Source: the human T2T-CHM13v2.0 reference genome, Homo sapiens
Strand: one strand, 5' to 3'
Length of the DNA stretch: 64,000 nt
Assembly (NCBI RefSeq): GCF_009914755.1
Contig: NC_060931.1
A model generated the notes under the pieces. It was not told where the DNA came from. It did not search any database and saw only the letters and a program-made list of their open reading frames with translations. Positions 30,105 through 64,000 of this stretch are shown here, one piece after another (the first letter of the stretch is position 1; the number at the start of each line of letters is the position of its first letter). The translations under genes were made by a program, and so were the position numbers.

Positions 30105-30910
30105 ACATGCTGTTCCTGTAGTTTTTTGATGAGAGTTATAGTTGTTATATATACATAAAGCTAATTTTCTTTTCATTTTTAAGAGACAATTCTTTTTATC
30201 CTAAATATTTTATTATCTTTAAATTTGTTTCTGTATTATTACATGTGCTCCTGAAGCGAGCACTCTTTTTATCTATGATACTTCCATAATAATCTCTTCT
30301 ATTTATAGCTATTGGTAGTTCCCCACCAGAAAAAAACATAATTCTGGTGATAGAAATTTTTATTTGCTGTTTAGGTTTGTGACTGAATTGTGAGAATTCA
30401 GTTGTGATTTTTAACATGCCTCAGATATATATACTAACACGTCTAATATATACTATCTATTTTATTGGTTTATTTTGAAAAACATGGGTATAGAATTATT
30501 TAAATATTATTTTATTTATTTAAATATTTATTAAATATATTTATTTATTTAAATATTATTATTACTTTAAATATTATTTTAAATATTTTGGAAATACTGG
30601 TATTTTTGAATAGATGCTGTTTCTATAAAGCTGTGTGATGGATATTATAACTGTTATATACACATACATATAATTTTGTTTTCCTTTTTAAGAGAGGATT
30701 CTTTTCATCCTAAATCTTTTACCTTTCAATCTTTGCATCTATTATTACACGTGCTGCTGAAGGGAGCATGGTTTTTATCTATGATACTTAGTTAACATAT
30801 ATATTACATTTATAGCTATGTAGTAGTTCCCCTAAATTCTTGTAAAAATAAATTTTTATTTGATATTTCATATATATTTGAAATGTGAGAATTCAGATGT
30901 AATTTTTTAC
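30105..30910 (+). repeat. Old tandem duplication (~500-bp period) in the AT-rich 3'UTR
   Basis: TTTTTATCTATGATACTT at 30266 and 30772; TGTGAGAATTCAG at 30389 and 30884. Confidence 0.85.
30847..30852 (+). terminator. candidate poly(A) signal of SPDYE2 (second AATAAA at 31020-31025)
   Basis: AATAAA at the end of the AU-rich 3'UTR. Confidence 0.5.
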
Positions 30911-31321
30911 CTTGTTTTGGCATGTTTGTATGTTACTTTAAAGAGGATGTGTGTTCTAAAGGAGGACATGAGCTGTGTGTTTTCAAGAGAACAATAGAGT
31001 GCGTCTCTTGGGGAAACATAATAAAAATGAACTTTTCTCACCTTCACAGCAATTGTGATCATATTGGTCTGGATTGATTATTTGCTGCCCAGTGATATTT
31101 TTCCTTAATGGGGTTGTGGTTATTTGAACATATTTATTAGCTCTGGAAGATAATCCTGTGCTGTTTTTTATGTAGAAAAAAACATAAGGCTGGGTGCAGT
31201 GCTCACACCTACAATCCCTGTGGTTTTGGAGGTCATGGCGGGAGGATCACCTGAGGCCAGGAGTTTGAGGCCAGCCTCAGCAACATAGCATCTACATCCA
31301 TTTTTAATTTTTATTTTTTAA

Positions 31322-31678
<357 letters not shown>

Positions 31679-32001
31679 TAAGGCAGGAAATGAGAGAAAG
31701 ATATTGAGAGAGGAAAACCAGGTGGTAAGAAAACTCTAAAGGTGGCCGGGCGTGGTGGCTCACGCCCATGATCCCAGCAGGAGTTTGAGACCAGCCTGGC
31801 CAACATGGTGAAACCCTGTCTCTACTAAAAATACAAAAATTAGGCAGGCGTGGTGGTGCACGCCTATAATCCCAGCTATTTGGGAGGCTGAGGCAGGAGA
31901 ATCACTAGCAGAGATTGTGTCTCCTCACCCCCTCTCAAAAAAAAAAAAAAAAAAAAGTTCGTTCCTGCAGCAGTTAAAGCTGTGAAAGACAGGCACTCTG
32001 A

Positions 32002-32504
<503 letters not shown>

Positions 32505-32730
32505 ATGTGATGCAATTCTGATGTCAACTCCCTGATGTTACCTCAAATGCCACAGGTTAAGGCCACCAGTCCCCACTAGGCTGCCCTCGCTTTAGACACA
32601 CCTGCAGGCTTGGGTGTCCTCAGACCACATGTACTTCTCATCAACTGGCTGCAAATTTGGAGGTTCCCACCATGCCCTCAAGTTCGATAACTCACTAAAA
32701 CAATTCACAGAATGCAGAAAAGCATGATAC
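32505..32730. mobile_element. LTR fragment, MER21-like
   Basis: Recalled motifs ...CAACTGGCTGCAAATTTGGAGGTTCCCAC...TTCGATAACTCACTA...CACAGAA. Confidence 0.45.
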
Positions 32731-32959
32731 TTTCTTTCTCTTTTTTTTTTTTTTTTTTTTTTGAGACGGAGTCTTGCTCTGTCACCCAGGCTGGAGTACA
32801 GTGACCACCATGCTTGGCTAATTTTTGTATTTGTATTAGAGACGGGGTTTCGCCATGTTGGCCAGGCTGGTCTTGAACTCCTGACCTCAGGTGATCCACC
32901 CGCCTTGGCATCCCAAAATGCTGGGATTATAGGCATAGCCACCATGCCCGGTTGACTTC

Positions 32960-34430
<1,471 letters not shown>

Positions 34431-34573
34431 AGAAGGGTCCATTAGTCTGTTTTCACACTGCTATAAAGAACTATGAGAAACTGGGTAATTTATGAAGAAA
34501 AGAGGTTTAATTGACTCACAGTTCTGCAGGCTGTACAGGAAGCGTGGCTGGGGAGGCCTCAGGAAACTGACAA

Positions 34574-40045
<5,472 letters not shown>

Positions 40046-41010
40046 GCTCCCGCCGCCGTTGCGTCCAGACCCCAAGCGTCCGCCACCGCCGCCACCAGAG
40101 CCCTAATAAGAGGCCTCTTCCGGATTACTCCGGCGGGGCAAACCCGCGCAAGGATCGGCTCATCGCCCCCTGTTGGGCTGGAGGATCTTGCGCAGGCGCG
40201 AGAAAACCCCGAGAGAGACCAGTGTCTCTGCGCATGCGTCAGTGGCGAGCGCACCGCCCCCCCCCCCACCCCCCCACCCCGCACCCCGGCATGGCTTTCC
40301 CCGTGGGCGCTTTTCGGCGCATGCTCAGAGCGCCGGCAGGGCTGTTCTGCCCCTACAGAGGCCTCCTAGTCCTGGCTGAGCGGGAACCTCAAGCTGTACC
40401 TTTCTCCTTTCCCCATGTCCCTTGATCTCTCTTTGGAAACGTGCACCCCCTTGGAGTGCGCAGCAGGAGGCCCCTGAATAGAGAGAATAAAGCTAAGGGG
40501 TAGTGGACAGCTGCGGCTAGCAGCCGTAGGGGGAGCAGAAGATCTCGTGGCCAGAGGCAGATCTATGACAAGCCCCCTGCCCAGGCTGCCTATACCGACT
40601 GCTGCAGGACCTCTGCCTGGGGGGTGCAGCTGGCTTGTTAGCCGGGAGGGACAATTGGGTGAGGGATGCAGAAGGAGGCAGGTGTATACAGCAGTGAGAG
40701 GGGAGCCCGTAGGGTTACGTATATCTTTTTATATATTATTATTATTATTTAGAGACAGCGTCTCCCTCTGTCGCCCAGGCTGAAGTACAGTGGCGCCATC
40801 ATGCAGCCTCCAACTCCTGGGCTCCAGAGATCCTCCTGCCTCAGCCTCCCGATAGTTAGGACTGCAGGCATGTGCCATCACACTTAGCTATTTTTTTTTT
40901 TATTTTTGGAGATGGTGGGGGGGGGGTCTCCCTATGTTGCCCAGGCTGGTATTGAACTCCTGGCCTCCAGCAGTCCTCCAGCCTCAGCCTCCCAAAGTGC
41001 ACTTGGTGGA

Positions 41011-41981
41011 TGTGGGCAGCAAGCCACCCAGGTGCCGAGGCAAGAGACCGAGGGCACGAGCTGTTCCAGTATAATAAAATATATAAAATAAGAGTAGTTA
41101 TACTAGATATAGATCTTAGATATGATTATATATGAATCATTAATCATTAGTTTGTAGTAATTATTCTTTATTCCAATATTATAATAATCCTCGCTCTACA
41201 ATCATAACCTAGGAAAAACCAGGCCATACAGAGATGGGAGCTGAGGGGACAGTGAGGCGTGACCAGAAGACAAGAGTGCAAGCTTTCTGTTATGCCCGGA
41301 CAGGGCCACCAGAGGGCTCCTTGGTCTAGCGGTAACGCCAGCATCTGGGAAGACACCTGTTGCCAAGCCCACCGTGGTCTAGCGGTAGCGTTAGTGTCAA
41401 GGAAAAACACCCGCTACTTAGCAGACCGGGAAAGGGAGTCTCCCTTTCCCCGGGGGAGTTTAGAGAAGACTCTACTCCTCCACAGGCCCGCCCACAGTTA
41501 CCCGGAGGCATAACCGTCTCCCTGTGATGCTGTGCTTCAGTGGTCACGCTCCTAGTCCACCTTCATGTTCCATCCTGTACACCTGGCTCTGCCTTCTAGA
41601 TAGCAGTAGCAAATTAGTGAAAGTACTAAAAGTCTCTGATAAGCAGAAATAATGGTGTAAGCTGTCTCTCTCTCTTTCTCCTCTCTCTCTCTGCCTCGGT
41701 TGCCAGGCAGGGAAGGGCCCCTGTCCAGTGGACACGTGACCCATGTGGCCTTACCTATCATTGGAGATGGCTCACTCTCCTTATCCTGCCCCTTTGTCTT
41801 GTATCCAATAAATATCAGCGCAGCCTGGCATTCAGGGCCACTACTGGTCTCTGCGTCTTGGTGGTAGTGGTCCCCCCAGCCCAGCTGTCTTTTATCTCTT
41901 TGTCTTGTGTCTTTATTTCTGCGCTCTCTCGTCTCTGCACATGGAGAGAAACCCACCGACCCTGTGGGGCTGGACCCTACA
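41011..41981 (+). mobile_element. Solo LTR, LTR13-like (HERV-K HML-4 group), 971 bp
   Basis: TG...CA termini; perfect 6-bp TSD GGTGGA at 41005-41010 and 41982-41987; internal AATAAA near 41807. Confidence 0.85.
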
Positions 41982-42396
41982 GGTGGATAAGTGTATCTTA
42001 CCCTTTTTGGTTTGGTTGCTTTGCAGACTACAGTTTAGCATAAAGGCCCTCCTTAAGCTGTTTGAAGCAACAGGGACTGGGGTCTCAGAGGAGCTACCAG
42101 AGCCCTAACAGTTTGGCAGCTGTTTCTCCAAGGCTGGGCAGCAGCTACAGTGCTGAGGAAATCTGGAGCATCTACCCCTTCTGGGAAGGCCCATTTCCTA
42201 CTTGAGTTCTTGCACCCTGGCAGGAGGAAATCTCATTCTGCAACAGCCCCACACAGAATCTGACTTTCCAGGCGAAGTGGGTGGGCACCTCTTTAACTGC
42301 TGAGGAACAGAAAGTGATATGGGTAGGCTGGGTGCGGTGACTCACGCCTGTAATCCTAGCACTTTGGCACTTTGAGAGGCTGAGGCAGGCGGATCA

Positions 42397-42627
<231 letters not shown>

Positions 42628-42762
42628 CTAGCCAAGGGTAGCATCCTTGACCCAAGCTTTTCCAGGGTGACCCAGAAGTGTGGAGGTTATATCCTCAGGG
42701 AATTATTACCCTTATCACTTTTTTTCTTTTTTTCTCTTTTTTTCTTTTTTTTTTTGAGATAG

Positions 42763-42990
<228 letters not shown>

Positions 42991-43331
42991 TAGGCTGGTC
43001 TCGAACTCCTGACCTCAAGCAATCTTCTCGCCTTGGCCTCTCAAAGTGCTGGGATTATAGGCATGAGCCCTGCCCCTGGCCACACATACCATGCTAATTT
43101 GTCACACATTGGCTGTGGTTGCTTTCATGCTACATGGCATGGTGGTTGTGACTGAGAGCTGCATGTCTGGTCCTTTACAGAAAACGTTTGCTGATCCTAA
43201 TCTTGGGGATTGTGCCTGTGTTGACTTTGCTATTTATTGTTTGGTTACAGCCCAGACACTGAAGTTACTTATTAGCTTGTGGGTGTCTATCCCGTAGAAA
43301 AGAAAACTTCATGGCCGGGCGCAGTGGCTCA

Positions 43332-43637
<306 letters not shown>

Positions 43638-43826
43638 TTAACCACTTTCGTATGTAATATCACAATCTTATTCTAGCATTCTTCTCTTAAAGTGTTTACG
43701 GGCCAGGCACAGTGGCTCACATCTGTAGTCCCAGCACTTAGGGAGGCTGAGGGAGGATTGCCTGAGCCCAGGAGTTTGAAACTAGCCTGGGCAATATAGC
43801 AAGATCTTGTCTCTACTAAAAATTTA

Positions 43827-44006
<180 letters not shown>

Positions 44007-44340
44007 TTACAAATACATGAAATACATGTACCCAGCTTCTCAGAATGATCCATGAATCAGAGTTCCCACTCTTTTTCTGAATTGATGCGTAGTAGATCTT
44101 TGATATGTGTTCATGATATATATGAGTCATCTTTTTTACATGTTTGAAAATTATACTTTGAAAAGGCCTTGTCCGGAGGTGGTTGCTGCATACCTGTTCA
44201 GGTTTCCTAAGAGGTTGAGAGAAACAGGTACTGGGTGAGCTGGGTCCAGTCAAGCCTTCCCAGGGTGCCTGCCCTGCCCTGTGGTGAACACCAGCCCCCT
44301 GGGCTGCAGATATCTGCCTGGGGGTCCAATCAGATCCTCA

Positions 44341-44484
<144 letters not shown>

Positions 44485-44491
44485 TTAGTCA

Positions 44492-44719
<228 letters not shown>

Positions 44720-45640
44720 TTAGGTCAGGAGTTTAAGACCAGCATGGCCAATATGGTGAAACTCCATGAAACCCCATCTCTGCTAAAAAAAAAAAAAAAA
44801 AGACAAAATATTAGCTGGGAGTGGTGGCATGTGCCTGTAAATCCCAGCTACTCAGGAGGCTGAGGCAGGAGAATCGCCTCAACCTGGGAGGTGGAGGTTG
44901 CAGTGAGTTGAGATCACACCACTGCCCTCCAGCCTGGGCGACAGAACCAGATTCCATCTCAAACAAAAACAAAAACAAAAACAAACAAACAAAACATCTG
45001 GGAACCTGCCCCAGGCCCCAGTTGAATGCCAGGGCTTGAAGTCTCTGGGAGGGGGTGGTATAGACTTGTGGGACAGATGGAAGGTATACCCTCTCCTGCT
45101 CCTCTCGCTTTTCCAGGTGGCCTCCAGAAACAATGTGGCATGATGGACTATGGGCAGCTCTGCTCAGGGCCTGAGAGGAGAACCAGGGGGCAGTGCCAGG
45201 CATGCACTGATGTTAACTTCCCTTCCAGCTGCAGTGGTCAGGATCTGGGGAGGGGAGGAGAGGCATGGTGGATGCTGCCAGAAGGGTGGCTGTGTGTGTG
45301 CACTCAAGATCCAGGTTTCCACTTGTAGCCCTAATAAGTCCACGGCTCCTTCCCTTTCACTGCCTGCGTTTAGGCTCAGGAGACCCTGGAGGCCATACTT
45401 CCTAGAGAGAAGGTCCTTGAAACCCAAGGAGATCCAACAGGCATGAGGATTTTTGTGTACCCCTAAGGAAGTAGTCAGAGAACCAGGTGCTGGTGATTTG
45501 GGGTGGGGTAGGGGCTGCATCAGGCTCAGCTGTCCCTGGACCCAGGGCCTTGGGCCAGGAAGGGAGGGGAGGGACCCAATCCAGCAAAAAGGCTTAGTTG
45601 CCCATAGGACGGCAGAGCACAGCAGGCTATGAAGCTCTAA

Positions 45641-45992
<352 letters not shown>

Positions 45993-47161
45993 TAACTCCT
46001 GACCTCAGGTGATCCACCCACCTTGGCCTCCCAAAGTACTGGGATTACAGGCATGAGCCACCGTGCCCAGCCCTCTTTGCCTTTCCCTACTATTCCTGGA
46101 AGAGCCAAGGTATACAGGATGCCCCACTGGCCCTGCCCCAGAACCTAGCTGGGCAGCCAGGTCAGGGGTCATGTCTGAGCCCTGGGACACTGGGGGCTGT
46201 CCTAGGCTAAGGACAAAGGGGAGGCTCAGAGCTTGCTTGGATGAGCGTTGAGAATGTGTTCGTGGCTGGGTGCGGTGGTCCTGTAATCCCAGCGCTCTGG
46301 GAGGCTGAAGTGGGAGGATGGCTTGAGCCCAGGAGTTGGAGACCAACCTGGACAACATGGTGAGACCCTGTCTCTACCAAAAGTACAAAAAATTAGCTGG
46401 GCATGATGGTGCACACCTGTAGTCCCAGCTACTCAGAAGGCTGAGGCAGGAGGATCACTTGAACTCAGGAGTTGGAAGCCGCAGTGAGTTATGATCACTC
46501 CACTCCACTCCAGCCTGGGCAACACAGTAAGACTCTGTCTCAAAAAAAAAAAAAAAAAAAAAAGATGTTCTGGAAGACTCTGCCCCTCCTCTCCTCTGTC
46601 TTGTTTTTTTTTTTTTTTTTTTTTTTGAGATGGAGAATCACTCTGTCACCCAGGCTGGAGTGCAGTGGTGCGATCTCAGTTCACTGCAACCTCCGCCTCC
46701 CGGGTTCAATCCAATTCTCCTAAGTAGTAGGGGTTACAGATGTGCACCACCGCACCTGGCTAATTTCTGTGTTTTTAGTAGAGACTGGGCTTTGCCATGT
46801 TGGCCATGGTTTGCCAGGCTGGTCTCGAACTCCTGAACTCATGTGATCTGCCGGCCTCAGCCTCCCAAAGTGCTGGGATTACAGGTATCCTCAGTCTTGT
46901 TAATTACACTGGGGTTTGCTTGCTGTGTACAGTGAGATCAGGATGAGGGTGGTGAGGTGGTGATCAGGGGGACCCATGCTTCTGCTCAGGGGGTTGGCAG
47001 AAGCCAGCAAGGCTTGGGGTTTCCCTGTTTGGAGCGCTCCAAGTTGAGAGTGCAGAGGAGTGTGAGATGCGTGTGAAAATGCAAACTTGGCTCTCCCTGG
47101 CTGGAGGCTGGCATTGGGTGAGTCTCTGGTAGGACCAGGCCATGTATACTTTTTAAGCTTT

Positions 47162-47167
47162 TTTATT
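47162..47167 (-). terminator. candidate distal poly(A) signal of RASA4
   Basis: AATAAA (-) about 3.1 kb past the stop; other AATAAA at 47745-47750 and 47876-47881. Confidence 0.5.
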
Positions 47168-50100
47168 CTTGAAAAGTTCAAAGATATACAAAGATAGACT
47201 ATGCAGGATAATGAGCCCCCACATACTCCGCATCTCTTGTCTGTAATTATCAGCTCGTGGCTACCTCTACCTCTCCCCTCTACCTCTTGTCTCATCTCTA
47301 CCTCTCCCCCTGACCCCTGCCTCTGGGTCATTTTGCAGCAAATCCCAAATGCCTATATCATTTATCCTAAATATTCCATAAACATTCCACTATGTAGCTC
47401 TGAAAGATAAGGACGCTTACAACACAACTGCAATATCTTTTTTGTTTGTTTGTTTTTGTAAAGACGGGGATTTCGCCACGTTGCCCAGGCTGGTCTCGAA
47501 CTCCTGAGCTCAAGCGATTCTCCCACCTCAGCCTGCCAAGTAGCTGGGATTACAGGCATGTGCCACTGTGCCCAGCCAAGTGCAGTATCTTATCACACCT
47601 TTACAAAATTAATAATTCCAATCATCCTATAGTTGATCAGTGTTCAAATTTCCAATTGCCTCATAAAAAGATCATTTCTTAACATTTTGTTTTGTTGCAA
47701 TTGGTTGCTGTAAGTCACCTAAATATCTTCTCTTTTTTATACTTTTTATTGTAGTAAAATAGGTATAACATACAATTTGCCATTTTAACCATTTTAAGTG
47801 TTTAACTCAGTGGTGTTAATTACATTCACAATGTGTAGCCATCACCACTATTTAGTTCAAAAATTTCAAGTCTCCTTTATTTTCCCTTTTTTTTTTTTTT
47901 TTTTTTTTAATTTTAGGGACTAGGTTTTGCTATGTTGCCCAGGCTGGCCTTAAACTCCTGGCCTCAAGGTGATCCTTCTGTCTTGGCCTCCCGAGTAGCT
48001 GGGACTAGAGGTGTGCACCGTCACACCCAGCTTCAAGTCTCTTATTATAAAGTTCTGGCCACGCACAGTGGCTCGCAACTGTAATCTCAGCACTTTCGGA
48101 GGCCAAGGCGGTCAGATCACCTGAGGTCAGGAGTTCGAGACCAGTCTGGCCAACATGGAGAAACTCCGTCTCTACTAAAAATACAAGAATTAGCTGGGCA
48201 TGGTGGCACACGCCTTTAGTCCCAGCTACTCGGGAGGCTGAGGCAAGAGAATTGCTTGAACCTGGGAGGCAGAGGTTGCAGTGAACCAAGATCAAGCCAT
48301 TTGCACTCCAGCCTGGGCAACACAGTGAGACTCTGTCTCAAAAAAAAAAAAAAAAAAAACTATAAAGTTCCCCTTCATCTGAAAATTGAATGTGATTTTA
48401 AACAACCTATTTGAGCTCTGAGGTAGATGTCTAAGTTCAAAGCCCACTCCTCCCTTCTGGGGGTCCCAGTTTCGTGATCTCTTCTTCCCTTTCCTTCCTG
48501 GTAGCTTAAAAAAATAGAGATAACAGGATAAAGGTGAGGAATGAAGGAATGAATGGATGCAGGCAGACGTGAAAACAGCGCCCACCTGGAGAGCTAGAAA
48601 CATCTGGAGGGCTGGGACCACCTGGAGACGCCCCGTGTCTATGAGCTGCTGTTGTGAGGAGCCTGGAGCCAGTGGACGCTGGGAGGGAGGAGGCTTTAGA
48701 GTGGGGGGCAACCGGGGGAGGAAGGAGGTTGGCTGAGCCAGGTCTGGGGGCCTCAGGGACTTCTGTGTCCTCATAACCCACAAAAGCCCTGCCCACCCTG
48801 CCCCGGGGCGGCCCACAGTAGCAGCGGCTGGTGGTCCCTACAGCCGGTCAGCCCCAAGAGCGGGCACAACGTGTGGCCTGGGTACCACAGGGCCAGAAGA
48901 GAGGGACAGGGGCCCTGCTCCTGTCACCTGCTGCTTCTGCCACCCCAGGACCAAGTCATTGGTGTGAGCCGGTGGCCAGACATCACTGCCCCGCAGGCAG
49001 TGGGGGCTCCTCTTGGGCTGGGGGCAAGGCTTGGTGGGCAGCCCTATGGGAGGGGGAGCTGGTGGGGGACCACAGGGACTGACCAAAGAAAGGCAGGCCA
49101 GATCCCAGGACAGCAGGGGTTCTAAGTCCCCAAGAGTGGGGACTGGGCCGGAGTCAAGTTTTGCCAACCATCAGACCAGCCCCGGGCCTCTATGATGAAG
49201 GCATCAGAGAAACCCCATGGGGCCAGAAAGGGGCTGGGGCAACGGTGCACCTTTGGGATCTGGGGTCAGAGGGGGAAGGAGGTGACTGCATGGCAAGGCA
49301 AGAGCTGAAGGCCTTCTGGAGAAGGAGGGTCCAGTCCTTGTCCCCACCCTGATCCAGGTCACTGTGGACGCAGCTGGGAGCTGAGCCTGGCAGCCCATGT
49401 GACACAATGGTGGGGGGATGGGAGCCCCTACGTGGCCAACACTGCCAGCCACACAGCTAGAGGGCTTGGGGTAAGGGCTGCGTGAAGAGGAATGGGGTCT
49501 CTGAGTCCCGCCTCTGTGCTGTCCTCAGGGACACCCTAGAGAAGGGACTTGCTTGGGGGCTGCTTTGAGGAGAGAACAGCTGGTTGGACACACTGGGCTC
49601 TGTGGCCTGTGGGACATGAAAGAGGGGACCCAGGGACAGCAACTGGGAAGGGAAAGGAACCCCCGACCCCAGAAGAGGGGGGGGAAGAAAGAGGGGGGAA
49701 CAGGGATGCCCAGAGCCCATACTGTCAGCCCCATCATCGGCACATCCACCGACAGCCTCCAGGGTCCCCCCGGGCCCACTTTCTCCCCAGACCCTCATCA
49801 CAAGACCCCAGAGCCTGGACAGTAAGAGCAGGTTTACTGTTGGCAACAGCACAGCCCTGTGGCACCCAAGGGTAGCGGGTGGGGTGGCGGCCGGGTCTCC
49901 TGGGGCCCCGTTCTCCCTCCCATTCTCTAGGTCCCTGGAGGCCAGACCCCTGGGTGCGGCCCATCCTAGCAGTGGTTCTGGCTGGGTCTGTCCTGGGCAG
50001 GAGAGGAGGGTCCCTGGAGAGGCAGTGATGGCTACAGCGTCTGTAGGGAGCTGGGGACACTTCCGGCCAGCCATGACAGGCCCAAGCCTGCTCAGCTCTG

Positions 50101-50265
50101 CACTTCTGGGGATCCCCTTATTCCTGACTCTCCCCGCTCCCCCACCTGGAAGAGACCTAGGCCCTGCACCCTAATGAGGAGGACCGGGGTGAGGGGGTGC
50201 AGAGTGTCCTGGGGGGGCTCCGAGCGCTTGGCAGGGGACTCAGCAAGGGGAGCGTAGGGCGGGCC

Positions 50266-63684
<13,419 letters not shown>

Positions 63685-64000
63685 CTGGAATGGGCAGCCT
63701 GTGACCTCTCCACCAGGGACTCAGGCCACCCTGGACCACACCACTCCCATGGCCTCCAGTTTTTTCCCTTGGGGCCAGCTTCCCATCTCTCTGCTCATGC
63801 CCTCCATCCGGGTGCCCTGCATAGCTCTGCCTCCCAGGCTCTGCCCGGGCTATTTATTTTCTGTTTTTGGAAAGCCCTTCCTGTCTCTGCACTCAAGGCA
63901 CCTCTATCTGTCTTCGAGGTCTGGCTCCCTGCCACCTCCAAGCTTGGGTATGTGGAGCTGCCAGCCTTGAATCGATCAACTCCCAGATAATGGCACCATC

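Noticed and set aside
49457-50074. 205-aa ORF in the RASA4 3'UTR
   Set aside because: Low-complexity Pro/Gly/Leu product with no family match.

Overview
Human (primate) genomic DNA, very Alu-dense. It is recognisable as the chr7q22.1 segmental-duplication cassette UPK3BL / SPDYE2 / POLR2J3 / RASA4; exact paralog numbering is inferred from gene order and recall. Four spliced genes were rebuilt by hand with GT-AG junctions and consistent phases: (1) complete UPK3BL (-, 6 exons, 263 aa); (2) complete SPDYE2 Speedy/RINGO CDK activator (+, 7 coding exons, 402 aa); (3) complete POLR2J3-type RPB11b (-, 4 exons, 115 aa), whose last coding exon comes from an MSTA LTR; (4) the 3' 13 coding exons of RASA4/CAPRI (-). 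Other elements: a solo LTR13, an ERV1 pol/env relic, MER elements and VNTRs. Nearly all ORFs in the supplied track are Alu-derived or chance ORFs. The best candidate for something undescribed is one RASA4 intron (57709-55263). It carries a phase-matched, stop-containing duplicate of the Btk-motif exon (candidate poison or decayed mutually exclusive exon) and a G-run VNTR next to its weak 5' splice site. No CRISPR, rRNA or tRNA was seen.
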